Shown here piece after piece: positions 19,920-30,095 of a DNA stretch of 64,000 bases. Below the pieces are notes generated by a model that worked only from the letters and a program-made list of their open reading frames with translations, made no database searches and had not been told where the DNA came from. Each line of letters opens with the position of its first letter. Positions within the stretch are counted from its first letter, which is position 1. The position numbers were made by a program, and so were the translations under genes. This DNA comes from Candidatus Bathyarchaeota archaeon (GTDB lineage Archaea; Thermoproteota; Bathyarchaeia; Bathyarchaeales; Bathycorpusculaceae): the NCBI GenBank assembly GCA_963733095.1, contig CAVTBV010000009.1, positions 1 to 64,000 on the forward strand. Direction: 5' to 3'.

Positions 19920-21087
19920 TGATGACCTAAAGCTACTTCAAGACGAAGGCTACGAAGTAAGTGTATTAAGCGGGCATCTTCTAGTCGCACACGTACCATA
20001 TGTTAACTCGAAGAAACAAGTTGCATATGGAACGTTGGTATCCCCGCTAGATTTGGCTGGCGACAAGACTATCAAACCATCCAATCATGTCGTCTATTGG
20101 GTCGGAGAATACCCATGTGACTCCAAAGGTTCACAGATGGTAAAACTTGTCAATGATCCGAATTTTCGGCTGAAAATCAGCGAAGGACTTGAAACTACCT
20201 GTCAGTTCTCTCATAAACCCGATGGAGGCTATGCCAATTATCACGAAAAGATGAGCAGGTACATCAAGATTCTTGAGGCGGAAGCACATGTTATTGACCC
20301 TACCGCTACCGCCCAAACCCACCCGGTTATTCGGACAATCGATGGGGATTCCGTCTTTTGCTACGTGGATAACGCTTCCAGCCATGCAGGCACTACAGCG
20401 ATAAACGAGAAACTCAGAGCACGTATCGCGATTGTTGGGCTGGGGGGAACTGGCGCGTACATCCTTGATTTTGTCGCAAAGACATTGGTCAATGAGATTC
20501 ATCTATTCGATGGTGACAGGTTCCTTCAGCACAATGCCTTCCGCAGTCCAGGGGCACCGTCATGCGAAGACTTAGGAAAGCAGCTAACTAAGGTGGAGTG
20601 GTTTGCTGAAAATTACTCACGAATGCGGAAGAAAATAATTCCTCATTTCCAATTCATTGACGATACGAACGTCTCAGAATTAGAGACTATGGACTTCGTA
20701 TTTCTTTGCCTTGATAATCCAGAAGCAAAGAAGATTATTGTCGAGTACCTTGTAGAAAAAAATATTTCATTTATTGATGTCGGAATGGGTCTAGTTCAGA
20801 ATGAAGCGATAGGTGGCGCAGTTCGAGTGACTGCTTGCACACCATCCTTTCATGAACACGTTGCGAGAAGAATCAACTTCATTAACGGAGAAGACGAGGT
20901 TTATTCTCGTAATATTCAGATTGTGGAGATGAATGCGTTAAATGCGGCTCTTGCCGTCATTAAGTGGAAGAAGCTCTGCGGATTTTACGCAGATTTGGAA
21001 CACGAGCACCATACGGTCTATAGTATTCCCACAAATGAGCTGATTAACGATGACTTGCCAATTGAAACGAAAACGGATCACGCCTAA
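19894..21087 (+). CDS. E2-like (DUF6791-type) domain fused to a ThiF/E1 adenylation domain
   Basis: N-terminal LLVAHVPYVN..HVVYWVGEYPC; C-terminal IAIVGLGGTG, LFDGD, HNAFR, FLCLD, IDVGMG. Confidence 0.88.
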   Translation: MSLQLISRNDDLKLLQDEGYEVSVLSGHLLVAHVPYVNSKKQVAYGTLVSPLDLAGDKTIKPSNHVVYWVGEYPCDSKGSQMVKLVNDPNFRLKISEGLETTCQFSHKPDGGYANYHEKMSRYIKILEAEAHVIDPTATAQTHPVIRTIDGDSVFCYVDNASSHAGTTAINEKLRARIAIVGLGGTGAYILDFVAKTLVNEIHLFDGDRFLQHNAFRSPGAPSCEDLGKQLTKVEWFAENYSRMRKKIIPHFQFIDDTNVSELETMDFVFLCLDNPEAKKIIVEYLVEKNISFIDVGMGLVQNEAIGGAVRVTACTPSFHEHVARRINFINGEDEVYSRNIQIVEMNALNAALAVIKWKKLCGFYADLEHEHHTVYSIPTNELINDDLPIETKTDHA

Positions 21088-21373
21088 GTTTGTGCGCTAT
21101 ATTCCTGAAAAGGTTGAGGAGGGTATTCTCTACATCTCCGTACTTTACGCAACGGCAACCCATAGGTGCCCTTGCGGTTGTGGCGAAATCGTAGTGACAC
21201 CAATTAAACCAAAAGACTGGAGTTTGACATGGAATGGAGAAACGGTGACTTTAGATCCATCTATTGGAAATTGGAGTTTTCCGTGTCAATCACACTATTG
21301 GATAATTGAGAATGAAGTAATATGGGTGAAGAAATTGGGTCATTCGAAACCAGACTATCCCCGCAAAAGATAG
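21050..21373 (+). CDS. DUF6527-like Cys/His metal-binding protein
   Basis: HRCPCGCG..VTP..W..TLDPSIGNWSFPCQSHYWI; overlaps the E1 stop. Confidence 0.82.
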   Translation: MTCQLKRKRITPKFVRYIPEKVEEGILYISVLYATATHRCPCGCGEIVVTPIKPKDWSLTWNGETVTLDPSIGNWSFPCQSHYWIIENEVIWVKKLGHSKPDYPRKR

Positions 21374-21848
21374 CTTATCGAAAAGCTCGACTATGAAAAG
21401 AGTGCAAGGGACAAATTGGCAGCTTCAAACTGTGATGAAAATTTAAGAAAATAGTCTTATTTCGTTATATCAGAGATAAGATCTCAGACCATTAGTGGTC
21501 CGAACATGCTATCTGATTCTTCAGTAGGTGATCATAAAAATTCCCAGCACATGCCGTCATGATTCGATATGATCACCTCTCAGGATTGGGTAAACTTTTG
21601 CTAAGCGTCGATGTGTAAGTTCGGGAAAGGGGCCAGATGTCTGACATTTTACTAACAATTGTTTCTCTTCTCTTTGATCCATCAATTCCGGTAATTTTCT
21701 AGAGGAATATGCTAAGATTGCCCTTTCTTTGAGGCGTCAGGACTTGATAAGATAAGGCAATCGAAAGTGGCCTTTAGTTTGCGTGGCACTGTCTGGATAG
21801 TCTTTTAGTTGCATAGTGAGAGCATAGGTGAAAATTGACCTGATTTCT

Positions 21849-22142
21849 TTAGTATAGCTCTGGCGGGATTTTGTGGTCTTCTTCTTTTATGGGGAGCGCT
21901 TTGTTCAGTTCTCTGAAGCCTTTAAGAACTGCTGTTCCGCGAGCAGTATTTGCATAAACCACTCTGCTTTTTCCAACGGTTCTTTCCTCAATTAGTCCTT
22001 GTTTGATTAGAAAATCCAAATATTCCTTTAAAACGCTGCAGTTAACATTTGACTTATACATAACATGCGTCAACTTTAGCGGTCCTTTTTGTGCTATCAC
22101 CTTGAGAATGTCAACGTACATTTCTAGTTTGGAGCGCCTCAT
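21849..22142 (-). CDS. Winged-helix transcription regulator (ArnR1/HTH_45-like)
   Basis: MRRSKLEMYVDILK..KLTHVMYKSNVN..YLDFLIKQGLI..YANTARG. Confidence 0.85.
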   Translation of the reverse strand: MRRSKLEMYVDILKVIAQKGPLKLTHVMYKSNVNCSVLKEYLDFLIKQGLIEERTVGKSRVVYANTARGTAVLKGFRELNKALPIKEEDHKIPPELY

Positions 22143-22285
22143 AACTTAACCCAAGCAACTGTTAAGATAGAGTTTAGGTATTAACAACTTGTGCGTAGCA
22201 ACCATTATGACAAACGCAAGCAAATCTCTAATAAGCCACCTGATTTGGGAAAAATTATTTATCCTATCTCTACTAATATTCAAAC

Positions 22286-22385
22286 GGTTAAGGGTCTGCC
22301 CAAACGCTTTAAACCCCTTCTCGAAAAAAATAAGCGTTCAACCCTTAATCATGGCGCGGCCAAAAGGCGTGCCATCAACCTTTTA
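22286..22385 (+). ncRNA. Putative structured small RNA, copy 1
   Basis: Stems 22286-22295/22341-22350 and 22351-22357/22369-22375; upstream BRE/TATA-like sequence; homologous copy at 37041-37140 with pairing preserved. Confidence 0.55.
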
Positions 22386-22639
22386 TGCTTTCTTTCTCAA
22401 GGTCCGAGAACTAAGTATAGCAGTCCGCTGGCTATTGCGATTATTCCAAGCGTGGCAGTCAGGTACTTAATTTTTTGTTTTCCAGCGAATTTAATAAGAA
22501 AGTCAATTAGAAACAGGCTGATTACAGTTGAGGTAATTATTGTTATAGCTAAACCTATCCATCCTATTCCAGCTATTGAGGGAGCAAATAAATGGGTGTT
22601 GGGGCCTTAACAAGTATTGCCTGGGGACTTGGGGTCCAT

Positions 22640-22977
22640 TTCCAATAATAATTAGGGGGAACACTATAACCGAGAACTCGGTAGGATTAGATGTTAGTGC
22701 CTTCTCAAACCAATCTGTTCTAATGGATAATAATATTTACGGAAATATCAACATGAGCATAAAACTTGAAGCTTCTTCTAAAGCTACCTACATTAATGCC
22801 TCAAATAATTGGTGGGGAACAACAGATACAGTAGTAATAAGCCAGTCTATCTACGATTCCAAAAACAACTCAAGCCTTGGTACACTCGTTTTCATCCCCG
22901 TATTGTCAACGCCGAACTCTCAATCAATGCCAATACCGAAATCAACTCTAGCAACGACGAATACGCAAAGCCTCTGA
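22640..22977 (+). pseudogene. C-terminal fragment of a NosD/parallel beta-helix surface protein
   Basis: GNTITEN, NNIYGN, INASNNWWGT repeats; no signal peptide or N-terminus. Confidence 0.6.
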
Positions 22978-23372
22978 GGCTAAGGTTTAGCCATTTTTTG
23001 CTTTGCATATTGTTTAATCTAGGGCATGGTTAAGGGGCTAAGTCATTATTGATTCAAACTATAGATAAAGGACACATTCTTGCGGTAGCCTGTACACCGC
23101 AAAATCAGGATAAAGTTTGCCACACTAATCAAAGAAAACTAGGTGACGTAAATTTGTTATACCGCAAAAACCTACAAAACAAACAAGGCTAAAACGCATA
23201 AATGGCATAGAGCATATTGATTTCAAGGACTTTATGGTTCGCTAAAGGTGGGCAATTCGTAGGTTATGTTAGCGACGACTATTCTACTAAACATAGGACA
23301 AACCGATGGATGAACGGATTTTGAGTTATTTCTGAATAGAATGTTCTTTGGTGAGGTTATTGGATTTATTCT

Positions 23373-24719
23373 TTATTTCCAATAGTATGTTTCGCCATAT
23401 TTTCCTGTGATAGGATATGCTGGGTCATCATAGACTATATCCAATTTTGAGCCATATTGGGTAAGCTTGCTTTGTACCTGGTTCCAGATTTGCTGTGAAG
23501 TACCGTTTGCATTCCATATGCCCCAAATAGTATCGTTTGGGTTTCGCATGCCCCATCCGTAATTTTCTGGCAAAACCAGCGCTGCTTGAGCTTTAACGCC
23601 ACCATGGATTACAGTGGGGTTGTGGACTACTTCATTCCAAAAGCGTTCTAATGCCTGGAAATGTTCCTCTTGTAGGGTTCCGTATGGTCCTGACATGCCA
23701 TCTGCATAGTTGAATAGTATGACGTATTGGGCTCCGTTTTCGTAGGAGGTTTTCATTTGGTTAAAAATTTCGTTTCCATCCGCAAGATATGGGGCTTGGG
23801 TGTATTTCCATGTCAAGATAGTTCCCCAGCTTTTGCCCTGCAGATTTGCAGCGCCGCGCACTAAGGCGATTTCTTGGGCAACCGAATTGTTCCAACCTAA
23901 CTGCGCAAGAACCACGTCGTATCCGCTCTTGTAATCCCACCAGTAAAGACCATAATCAGACGTAAAAATTGGAAAATCCCCTTTGCTTATTTTATATTGA
24001 TTTCTCAAGTTATCTATGGGTCCTTTGGTTTTGGCTATAAAGAGATTTGCTGCGGTATCGCCGTTAGGTATTGGGTTTGTGCTCTTTACTTGCTGATAAG
24101 TTTCTTCTTGAGCAATACGGTCTGAGCCATTTTCCATTGTATAGAAATTATTTCTCAGTACTTGATAAGAGTCCCCTGCATCATAGTGGCCATAAGGTAA
24201 ACCGCCTGTGTATACTTTATTTGTTGTACTTGTGATTGTTTCCCTTACTGTTATTGAGCCGTTTGGCTCATAAGTGGTCAAGTTGGTGTTACTTAGCGTG
24301 TTAGATATCGTTATAGAAGAATTGTTAGGGTCAAGCTCTGACGAAAAGCCATCATTGCTTTTCTGTACTGTAATTTTGCCGTCTGGAAAAAATGCTGTTA
24401 AACACCCATTGCCGTCATCGTAACTTACGATGCCATCATTCGATTTATTCACTGTTATTCCTTGGAGAGTGAAAGTAGCGGAGCCATCAAGCATTTTGCC
24501 TCCAGGTTCATCGCCCAAATAGACGCCCACGAACATGTCTCCCCATTGTTGCTTGGCAGTTCCTATCCACATTGCATTTTGGACGTGACCTGAAGCGTCA
24601 AAGTAAGCCGCAAAGTGTAATCCTTTTGATACCGCATAATCGCCTATTTCGTTGACGGCAGAAGTATTATCCTTTAAAAGGCCTGACTGTAGCACAAAGA
24701 GGTTTGTATAATTTGCGAC
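23373..24719 (-). pseudogene. 5'-truncated paralog of 3885-5444
   Basis: Begins at VANYTNLFVLQSG (compare VKSYTNLFVLASG); lacks the signal region and is joined directly to an ArsR remnant. Confidence 0.7.
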
Positions 24720-24721
24720 TC

Positions 24722-24888
24722 ATGCGAAAACTTCAAGTGGTAATTTAGTGTGCCAGTAGTGACGAACGTCTAAACTATCCATCAAGTCGGTGTAGCCTAA
24801 AGCTACCTTTCTCGTTGAGTACAAGAACGATTTTTCTTCACGCCTCATCTTTGAGAATTTTATGTAGTGATTCACGGGTTGAAGTCAT
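24722..24888 (-). pseudogene. Decayed ArsR-like HTH paralog of 25972-26721
   Basis: MTSTRESLHKILKDEA*RKIVLVLNEKGS/LGYTDLMDSLD/TTGTLNYHLK versus SLHKILKDETRSKMLLLLHEKVSLSYTELM..STGKMNYHLK. Confidence 0.75.
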
Positions 24889-24924
24889 TAAGCTAAGATA
24901 CGCTCTCAATGCATTTAATTTTTT

Positions 24925-24944
24925 TTGACTAAAAATCTCGTCAA
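24925..24944. promoter_or_regulatory. TTGAC-N10-GTCAA operator (copy 1)
   Basis: Upstream of the ArsR pseudogene; same motif at 25922-25941. Confidence 0.6.
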
Positions 24945-24991
24945 CAGCAATTTAGCGAGAATTACTGAAAAGGAAGGATAGGTTATGTATC

Positions 24992-25873
24992 TCATGTTAG
25001 CGTTTTCTCTGTACAGATTGTAGATGTTATGGTAGTGACGCCGTTGTTACCAGCGCTTTGTTGTGTCATAGTTCCGTATTGTGTTAGGTCGGATTGGATT
25101 AATCGGCATGTGTTTTGTTCTAGATAGGTGGTGCCGCTTAGTCGCAAGGAATAGTTGCCGCTGAATGCCAAGTGGATGCTTTGCAAGTAGGCTGGGTCAT
25201 AGTGCATTGTCAGGTTATCCGTTGATGTGTCTATTTTGAATGTTTTGTATGTACCTGCTGGCACTGTGAGGTCTTGGAATCCGCTGAACTTCATTGTTAT
25301 TTCACCTGTTAATCCCAAGCTGGCGTTGCCTGTGTTTACCGGCATCTGCCAGACATCGCCAATGTTAACCTGTGATTTTGCTAAGTAGGATACCAATGTT
25401 GGATTGTTGTTGATATTGTAAAAGATAGCTGGTCCGCCGGGCGCCATGAAGTTATCATAATAGTTGTTTTTGCTCACATTAAGGGTTATTGGCGGTAACG
25501 GATGATTTATTATCGTTGTTGTTAGAGTTTCGTTTAAGACATAGTTTTCCCCGTCGAAGCTTAAGACGTCTAAAGATATTGTTGAGTTATAAACCGTGGG
25601 GGATGACAGAGGAATACCTGTCTGCTGGCCAGTAACAGTGCTTGAGATGTCATAAACCATGTGGTCGCCTACCGTATACTGTAAGCTTAGTTGTACTGGT
25701 GAACTAGATCCTTGGGGAATTAACAGAGCCGTGACTGCAATTATGACCAAGACCGCTAATCCTCCGGCTATTGTGTACAATTTTTTGTGATGCTTCCGGC
25801 CAATCGTTTTCTCTTTGGGTTGGCTTAGGTTAAAAATAGGATGGGATGAACTCGTATTTTCTTGTCTAAACAT
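24992..25873 (-). CDS. Membrane-anchored exported protein (TVPAGTY/DUF3108-like beta protein)
   Basis: N-terminal TM; DLTVPAGTYKTFKI motif. Confidence 0.75.
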   Translation of the reverse strand: MFRQENTSSSHPIFNLSQPKEKTIGRKHHKKLYTIAGGLAVLVIIAVTALLIPQGSSSPVQLSLQYTVGDHMVYDISSTVTGQQTGIPLSSPTVYNSTISLDVLSFDGENYVLNETLTTTIINHPLPPITLNVSKNNYYDNFMAPGGPAIFYNINNNPTLVSYLAKSQVNIGDVWQMPVNTGNASLGLTGEITMKFSGFQDLTVPAGTYKTFKIDTSTDNLTMHYDPAYLQSIHLAFSGNYSLRLSGTTYLEQNTCRLIQSDLTQYGTMTQQSAGNNGVTTITSTICTEKTLT

Positions 25874-25921
25874 GTAAACATCTCCAATTGTCTATTTGAG
25901 GGCTAAGAGATTTAAGGTGTT

Positions 25922-25941
25922 TTGACTAAATATTTTGTCAA
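25922..25941. promoter_or_regulatory. TTGAC-N10-GTCAA operator (copy 2)
   Basis: Lies between the divergent 25873(-) and 25972(+) genes. Confidence 0.65.
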
Positions 25942-25971
25942 AAAGCCTAAAATGCTTTAGCACACTATATA

Positions 25972-26721
25972 TTGCTCATGAGTTCCGGAATTGCTTCGCT
26001 ACATAAAATTCTAAAAGATGAAACCAGAAGCAAAATGTTACTCTTACTGCATGAAAAAGTAAGCTTAAGCTATACAGAATTAATGAATGGTCTTGCAATA
26101 GATAGCACTGGAAAAATGAACTATCATCTTAAAATACTTAACGAGTTAGTTGTGAAAAGAGAAGACGGAAATTATGCACTTACTGAAAAAGGCATGTTGG
26201 CATCACGATTGCTAACTGATTTCCCCGAAGCTAATAGACAACAGTTTGGGCTGAAACCTAAATGGTGGCGACGTTTCTGGCTGGGAGCAATGGTATCCTT
26301 TATCTCTTTTTTTGTTATTTATTTTGCAGCATACTCAGCAGGTTACATTAACTCGTCTAATTTGTATGAAAATTTAGTCTCGCTAATACTTATCATGGGA
26401 TTTTGCTACATGATCCAGCACATATTAAGAGATGTGCTCTCGAAAAACGCGCAGCTCGTAATAGCTAAAATGGTATACATAGCTATTGGAGTCTTCTTAG
26501 GTATAACCATCGCATTTATCGCAGGAGGCTTTGCTTTTGTAGGCATTTCGAGGCTACTTGGAAAACAGTTTGAACCAGGTGACCCGCTTTACGCATTTTT
26601 TTGGAGCGACGGGTATCTTATCTTCTCACTTTTAATAGCTCCAACTGTAGGAGCAATTGCATCATACAACTTTGGTAAAAAAAGACATTTCAGAACTCAA
26701 AATTATAATCCCGACCTGTAA
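25972..26721 (+). CDS. ArsR-like wHTH regulator fused to four TM helices
   Basis: LKDETRSKML..SYTELM..TGKMNYHLKIL..YALTEKG followed by hydrophobic segments. Confidence 0.85.
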   Translation: MLMSSGIASLHKILKDETRSKMLLLLHEKVSLSYTELMNGLAIDSTGKMNYHLKILNELVVKREDGNYALTEKGMLASRLLTDFPEANRQQFGLKPKWWRRFWLGAMVSFISFFVIYFAAYSAGYINSSNLYENLVSLILIMGFCYMIQHILRDVLSKNAQLVIAKMVYIAIGVFLGITIAFIAGGFAFVGISRLLGKQFEPGDPLYAFFWSDGYLIFSLLIAPTVGAIASYNFGKKRHFRTQNYNPDL

Positions 26722-26903
26722 ATAAAAGTGAAAATTTCTCGATTGCAAATTTGGCTGGTTTTCAAAGTAACTATACATCAGATCGATTGTTTCTAATTTT
26801 ACCTTATAATCCTTTGGATTAGTCAAATCAATTCTTAGAACAGTCACAATATATTTTATTTAGTGCAAAAATTCTTAACTAAAAGGCTTCTGTGCTTTTT
26901 TTT

Positions 26904-27066
26904 CCATATGTCCATAACCAGCATACAAACTTGTGGTTAACTTCTTTTAGGAGGGGAAAACGGTAAGGAAGCTATCTTTCGGTATGGAAAAAGCTTTGCC
27001 GATTGAGGGGGGTAAAGAACCTCGCACAACAGGGAAAAGCCTTGTATGTTACTTATGGACATATGG
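26904..27066. mobile_element. 163-bp MITE (non-autonomous inverted-repeat element)
   Basis: 25-bp TIRs (22/25 match, outer 14 bp perfect: CCATATGTCCATAA), flanked on both sides by T8 (candidate TSD); no ORF. Confidence 0.75.
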
Positions 27067-27099
27067 TTTTTTTTAAAAAAAAGAAAAGATGAGAATGGC

Positions 27100-28929
27100 T
27101 TAGGGTGTCAAACGTATTGCATCTATGTTCAATAATACGCTGTTTCCGGTATCATAACCAACGACTGCAATGTAATTGAAACACGTATTAGTATAGCCGA
27201 AATCAATCCAACTTGGCGATGTTGAAGAAACCGTTATAGGCGAATTGATTTCATACCAAGTATTGCCGTCGTAAGATACGTAGACATATAGGTTGCTGTA
27301 ATAGCCTGATCCGCTATAGCAGTAAACCGATATGTCACCATGCTCGCCGCCAACATTCATGTTCCCAATAATCATTGCTTGATCTCCATAATTTCCCGCA
27401 TAGAGAGTTGCGTACTGACCATTGGGTGATGATCCCACTAGATTGCCAGGATTGTTTACTGATGCCGAATATGGATCGTGTGTGCTATATGTGCTATATG
27501 AGTTGATGCTTGATACATAATAATAGGTTGCAGTAGTTCCATCGCAATTGATAACATTATGGCAAACGTAGTATACTCCGAGACTCCAAAGTGCACGCTG
27601 ATTCCAAATTTGCCAGCAGAGGACACATCCTTCTCCTGCACTGCAAGCGCATATTATAGCGCATCCAATCCCAATAGCGGCGTTAAAAGCGATTTGGCAT
27701 ACTAGACATTGCCAGCTATCATCTCGTATCATAGCGGTACTGTTTAAAATCCTTAAATTATAAGTGGGCAGTTGTTTTTCTACTGTTTTCGATAACGAAT
27801 TCAATGCATCGACAATTGTATAATATCGATCTGCAAATTTCGTTAAATTAGCATCTGCGCTTTTCTGATAAATTTTTCCTAAGTCATCGGTGACTTTACT
27901 TAAACCCGTATACAGTTGTGATAACGTAACTGATGTGTTGAAAGCAACTTGCTCAAGAGATGAAATTCCAGTCTGGTCGCTCGGTGCAAAATCAATGACA
28001 GTTGAAGAAACGTTGTATGTTTGTGAATCCAATGGTATCAGAATTGTCAGTATTGAAAGGTTATAGTTTTGGGATTTGATACTGTCGTAAAGATGCATTA
28101 TTTGAATGGATTGACCATCTCCGGTAATGTTCAAAGATATTAGGCTCATTGTCTTATTGTACTCGCTAGTAGATTGATTTTGGCTCCATAAAGTGGTTTC
28201 ATCAACTGTGTATATTTGTTGTGTATCGTTAACATCATTTGTTACCGTATAAATAGTCTGATTGCCATTATTTTGTTCATTTATAGTTGTGCCGTTTGGG
28301 GCTAAGTTTACGGAGTTGTCTCCTGCTGCTGCGATGCTTTGACAAATACTACAACTGTCCTGATACAGAAGAGATGGCTCGATATTTACCGAGAGTTTGT
28401 GGTCATTTTTGGCACTAACTGTAACTGTGTGCTGACTAGTGTAGATAACATACCCCGCTTGTATCCAACTGATTATGCCGCCTTCCATGTTGTAAACGTG
28501 GGTAAAACCAAGGTTTACCAGAATTTGACATGCGGGCGCACTTCTTGCTCCAGCTGCACAATAGACTATAATTGGATCATTGATGTGTTTTTGGAGGTCA
28601 AGAATTTCATTTTGCTGATTAATAACAGGCAAAGTAACTCCATTTATATTTATCGTATCGTTTGCAAGCTGATTTTTACTAGTAGCATTGCTCTCTAGGA
28701 TAAATAGCGGTATCAGAATTGAGTCATATAAGTGACCCAGATTGTATTCACTTTGGTTTCTAACGTCCAGAATCAATATGTCTGGTGTATGTTTTATCAT
28801 TTGTTTAGCATCATGCACCGAAATGTTTTGGTAGCCTATTTCTTCCGCGGCTGCTGGTCTTATAAAAAGAAAAGTTGACAGCAATAGGCCGATAAGAATT
28901 AGGCAAATAATAGAAATCTTTTTTTTCAT
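27100..28929 (-). CDS. Secreted rhodanese-domain protein with a Cys-rich halocin-C8-like segment and a C-terminal beta-sandwich
   Basis: Signal peptide; ILDVRNQSEY..GHL, VYCAAGARS, NMEGGI; Cys-rich CLVC..GC..IC.C..GC.LC..VC..C. Confidence 0.75.
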   Translation of the reverse strand: MKKKISIICLILIGLLLSTFLFIRPAAAEEIGYQNISVHDAKQMIKHTPDILILDVRNQSEYNLGHLYDSILIPLFILESNATSKNQLANDTININGVTLPVINQQNEILDLQKHINDPIIVYCAAGARSAPACQILVNLGFTHVYNMEGGIISWIQAGYVIYTSQHTVTVSAKNDHKLSVNIEPSLLYQDSCSICQSIAAAGDNSVNLAPNGTTINEQNNGNQTIYTVTNDVNDTQQIYTVDETTLWSQNQSTSEYNKTMSLISLNITGDGQSIQIMHLYDSIKSQNYNLSILTILIPLDSQTYNVSSTVIDFAPSDQTGISSLEQVAFNTSVTLSQLYTGLSKVTDDLGKIYQKSADANLTKFADRYYTIVDALNSLSKTVEKQLPTYNLRILNSTAMIRDDSWQCLVCQIAFNAAIGIGCAIICACSAGEGCVLCWQIWNQRALWSLGVYYVCHNVINCDGTTATYYYVSSINSYSTYSTHDPYSASVNNPGNLVGSSPNGQYATLYAGNYGDQAMIIGNMNVGGEHGDISVYCYSGSGYYSNLYVYVSYDGNTWYEINSPITVSSTSPSWIDFGYTNTCFNYIAVVGYDTGNSVLLNIDAIRLTP

Positions 28930-28975
28930 TTTTTCACGCCCTATTCTATCTTGTCTTAATAAACAAGAGTTAGTT

Positions 28976-29015
28976 ATTTCTACGCTCTAGGACACTGTGT
29001 ACTAAACTCAGTACA
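28976..29015. promoter_or_regulatory. Tandem operator, type B (TAGGACA / TGTACTA)
   Basis: Upstream of 28929(-). Confidence 0.65.
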
Positions 29016-29090
29016 GATTGCCGGACTGCCCTCCTATCAAGAAGAATAAAAATGCTGGAAAAAGAGAAAAAAGTAGTTGGTAATGGGTTT

Positions 29091-30052
29091 CTAATTTTGT
29101 ACCCATGTGTCCCAGTAGTAGCTGTAGGTGCTCATGTAGTGGCTTTCATGCACTGGAGATGCGGTACCCCAACTTGTGCTGACTGAATTTGTCCAGTAGG
29201 ACCAGCCTCCAGCGTTGTGAAGCCAGTTCCGGTAGAATGTCGAATGTGAGGCGTCGTTGGTGAATTGTCCGTTGCTGTATACTTCGTTCTGGAAGCCTCC
29301 TTGAACCCAAAGGTTTGATAGGTGTCCGCTTCTGACCCAATTGTAATTTATCCAGACATCGTATTTCCAACATTGCTGTCCTGGGTGCCATCTAACATCA
29401 TTACAAATGTATCCGTTGCAGTTGAGGGTGTGTTCTTGTCCATGTAATATGTCATGCTGCCTCCGCCTTCATCGGAATCATAAGTATACCACTTGTAAGC
29501 TTCACCAGCATCATGGGTAACAACTACTTCAGCCCAGTTAGTAATGCCATTTAAGTCTCCTAATTGGACACAAAGATAGTGGTTTAGAGTTTGACCTGAA
29601 CTCATAGAGCCACAAACTATCTCAGCACTAACTCCTGTCCATGAATATCCGCTGGTCCTCATGTTTGAAGTCTTTTGAATCAAAGAAGTTGCTGCATTGC
29701 CTTGTTGGTTGGTAACTGTATTTTCATTCGAAGGTACTGGTATACTGATTGGCATTTTAGCCTGCTCTTCAGAAGTCAACTCTTTTCCAATCCATGTTGC
29801 ACTCGTCTTTGGATACCAACCCATGCCCAGCTTTTCATGTTCAACAGTTAATTGGTCATCGCTTAGCCCTTGCGCTCTAAATTCCTGAATCTTTAAAGTA
29901 ACAGGATCAACAAAGTTTTTGAGAGGCTGCCACGAACCAACGCTAGAAGTCTGATTATGTGTCTGCGCTGCCACAGTAAGCATCATTCAAGAAAGCATCG
30001 AAACGACAAGAAAAACGGCGGTTAAACAATAAGCGCTTTTATTCTTAATCAT
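29091..30052 (-). pseudogene. Disrupted paralog of 31527-32495
   Basis: In-frame TGA at 29987-29989 and a frameshift near 29372; otherwise highly similar through to WDTWVQN. Confidence 0.85.
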
Positions 30053-30095
30053 TTTATCATCTCTCCTAGTGCTAAAATGCAAAGATAAACTATTA

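Noticed and set aside
22189-22610. ORFs 22189-22470 and 22191-22610
   Set aside because: No protein-like features, and the frame is not conserved in the second copy of the repeat at ~37040.
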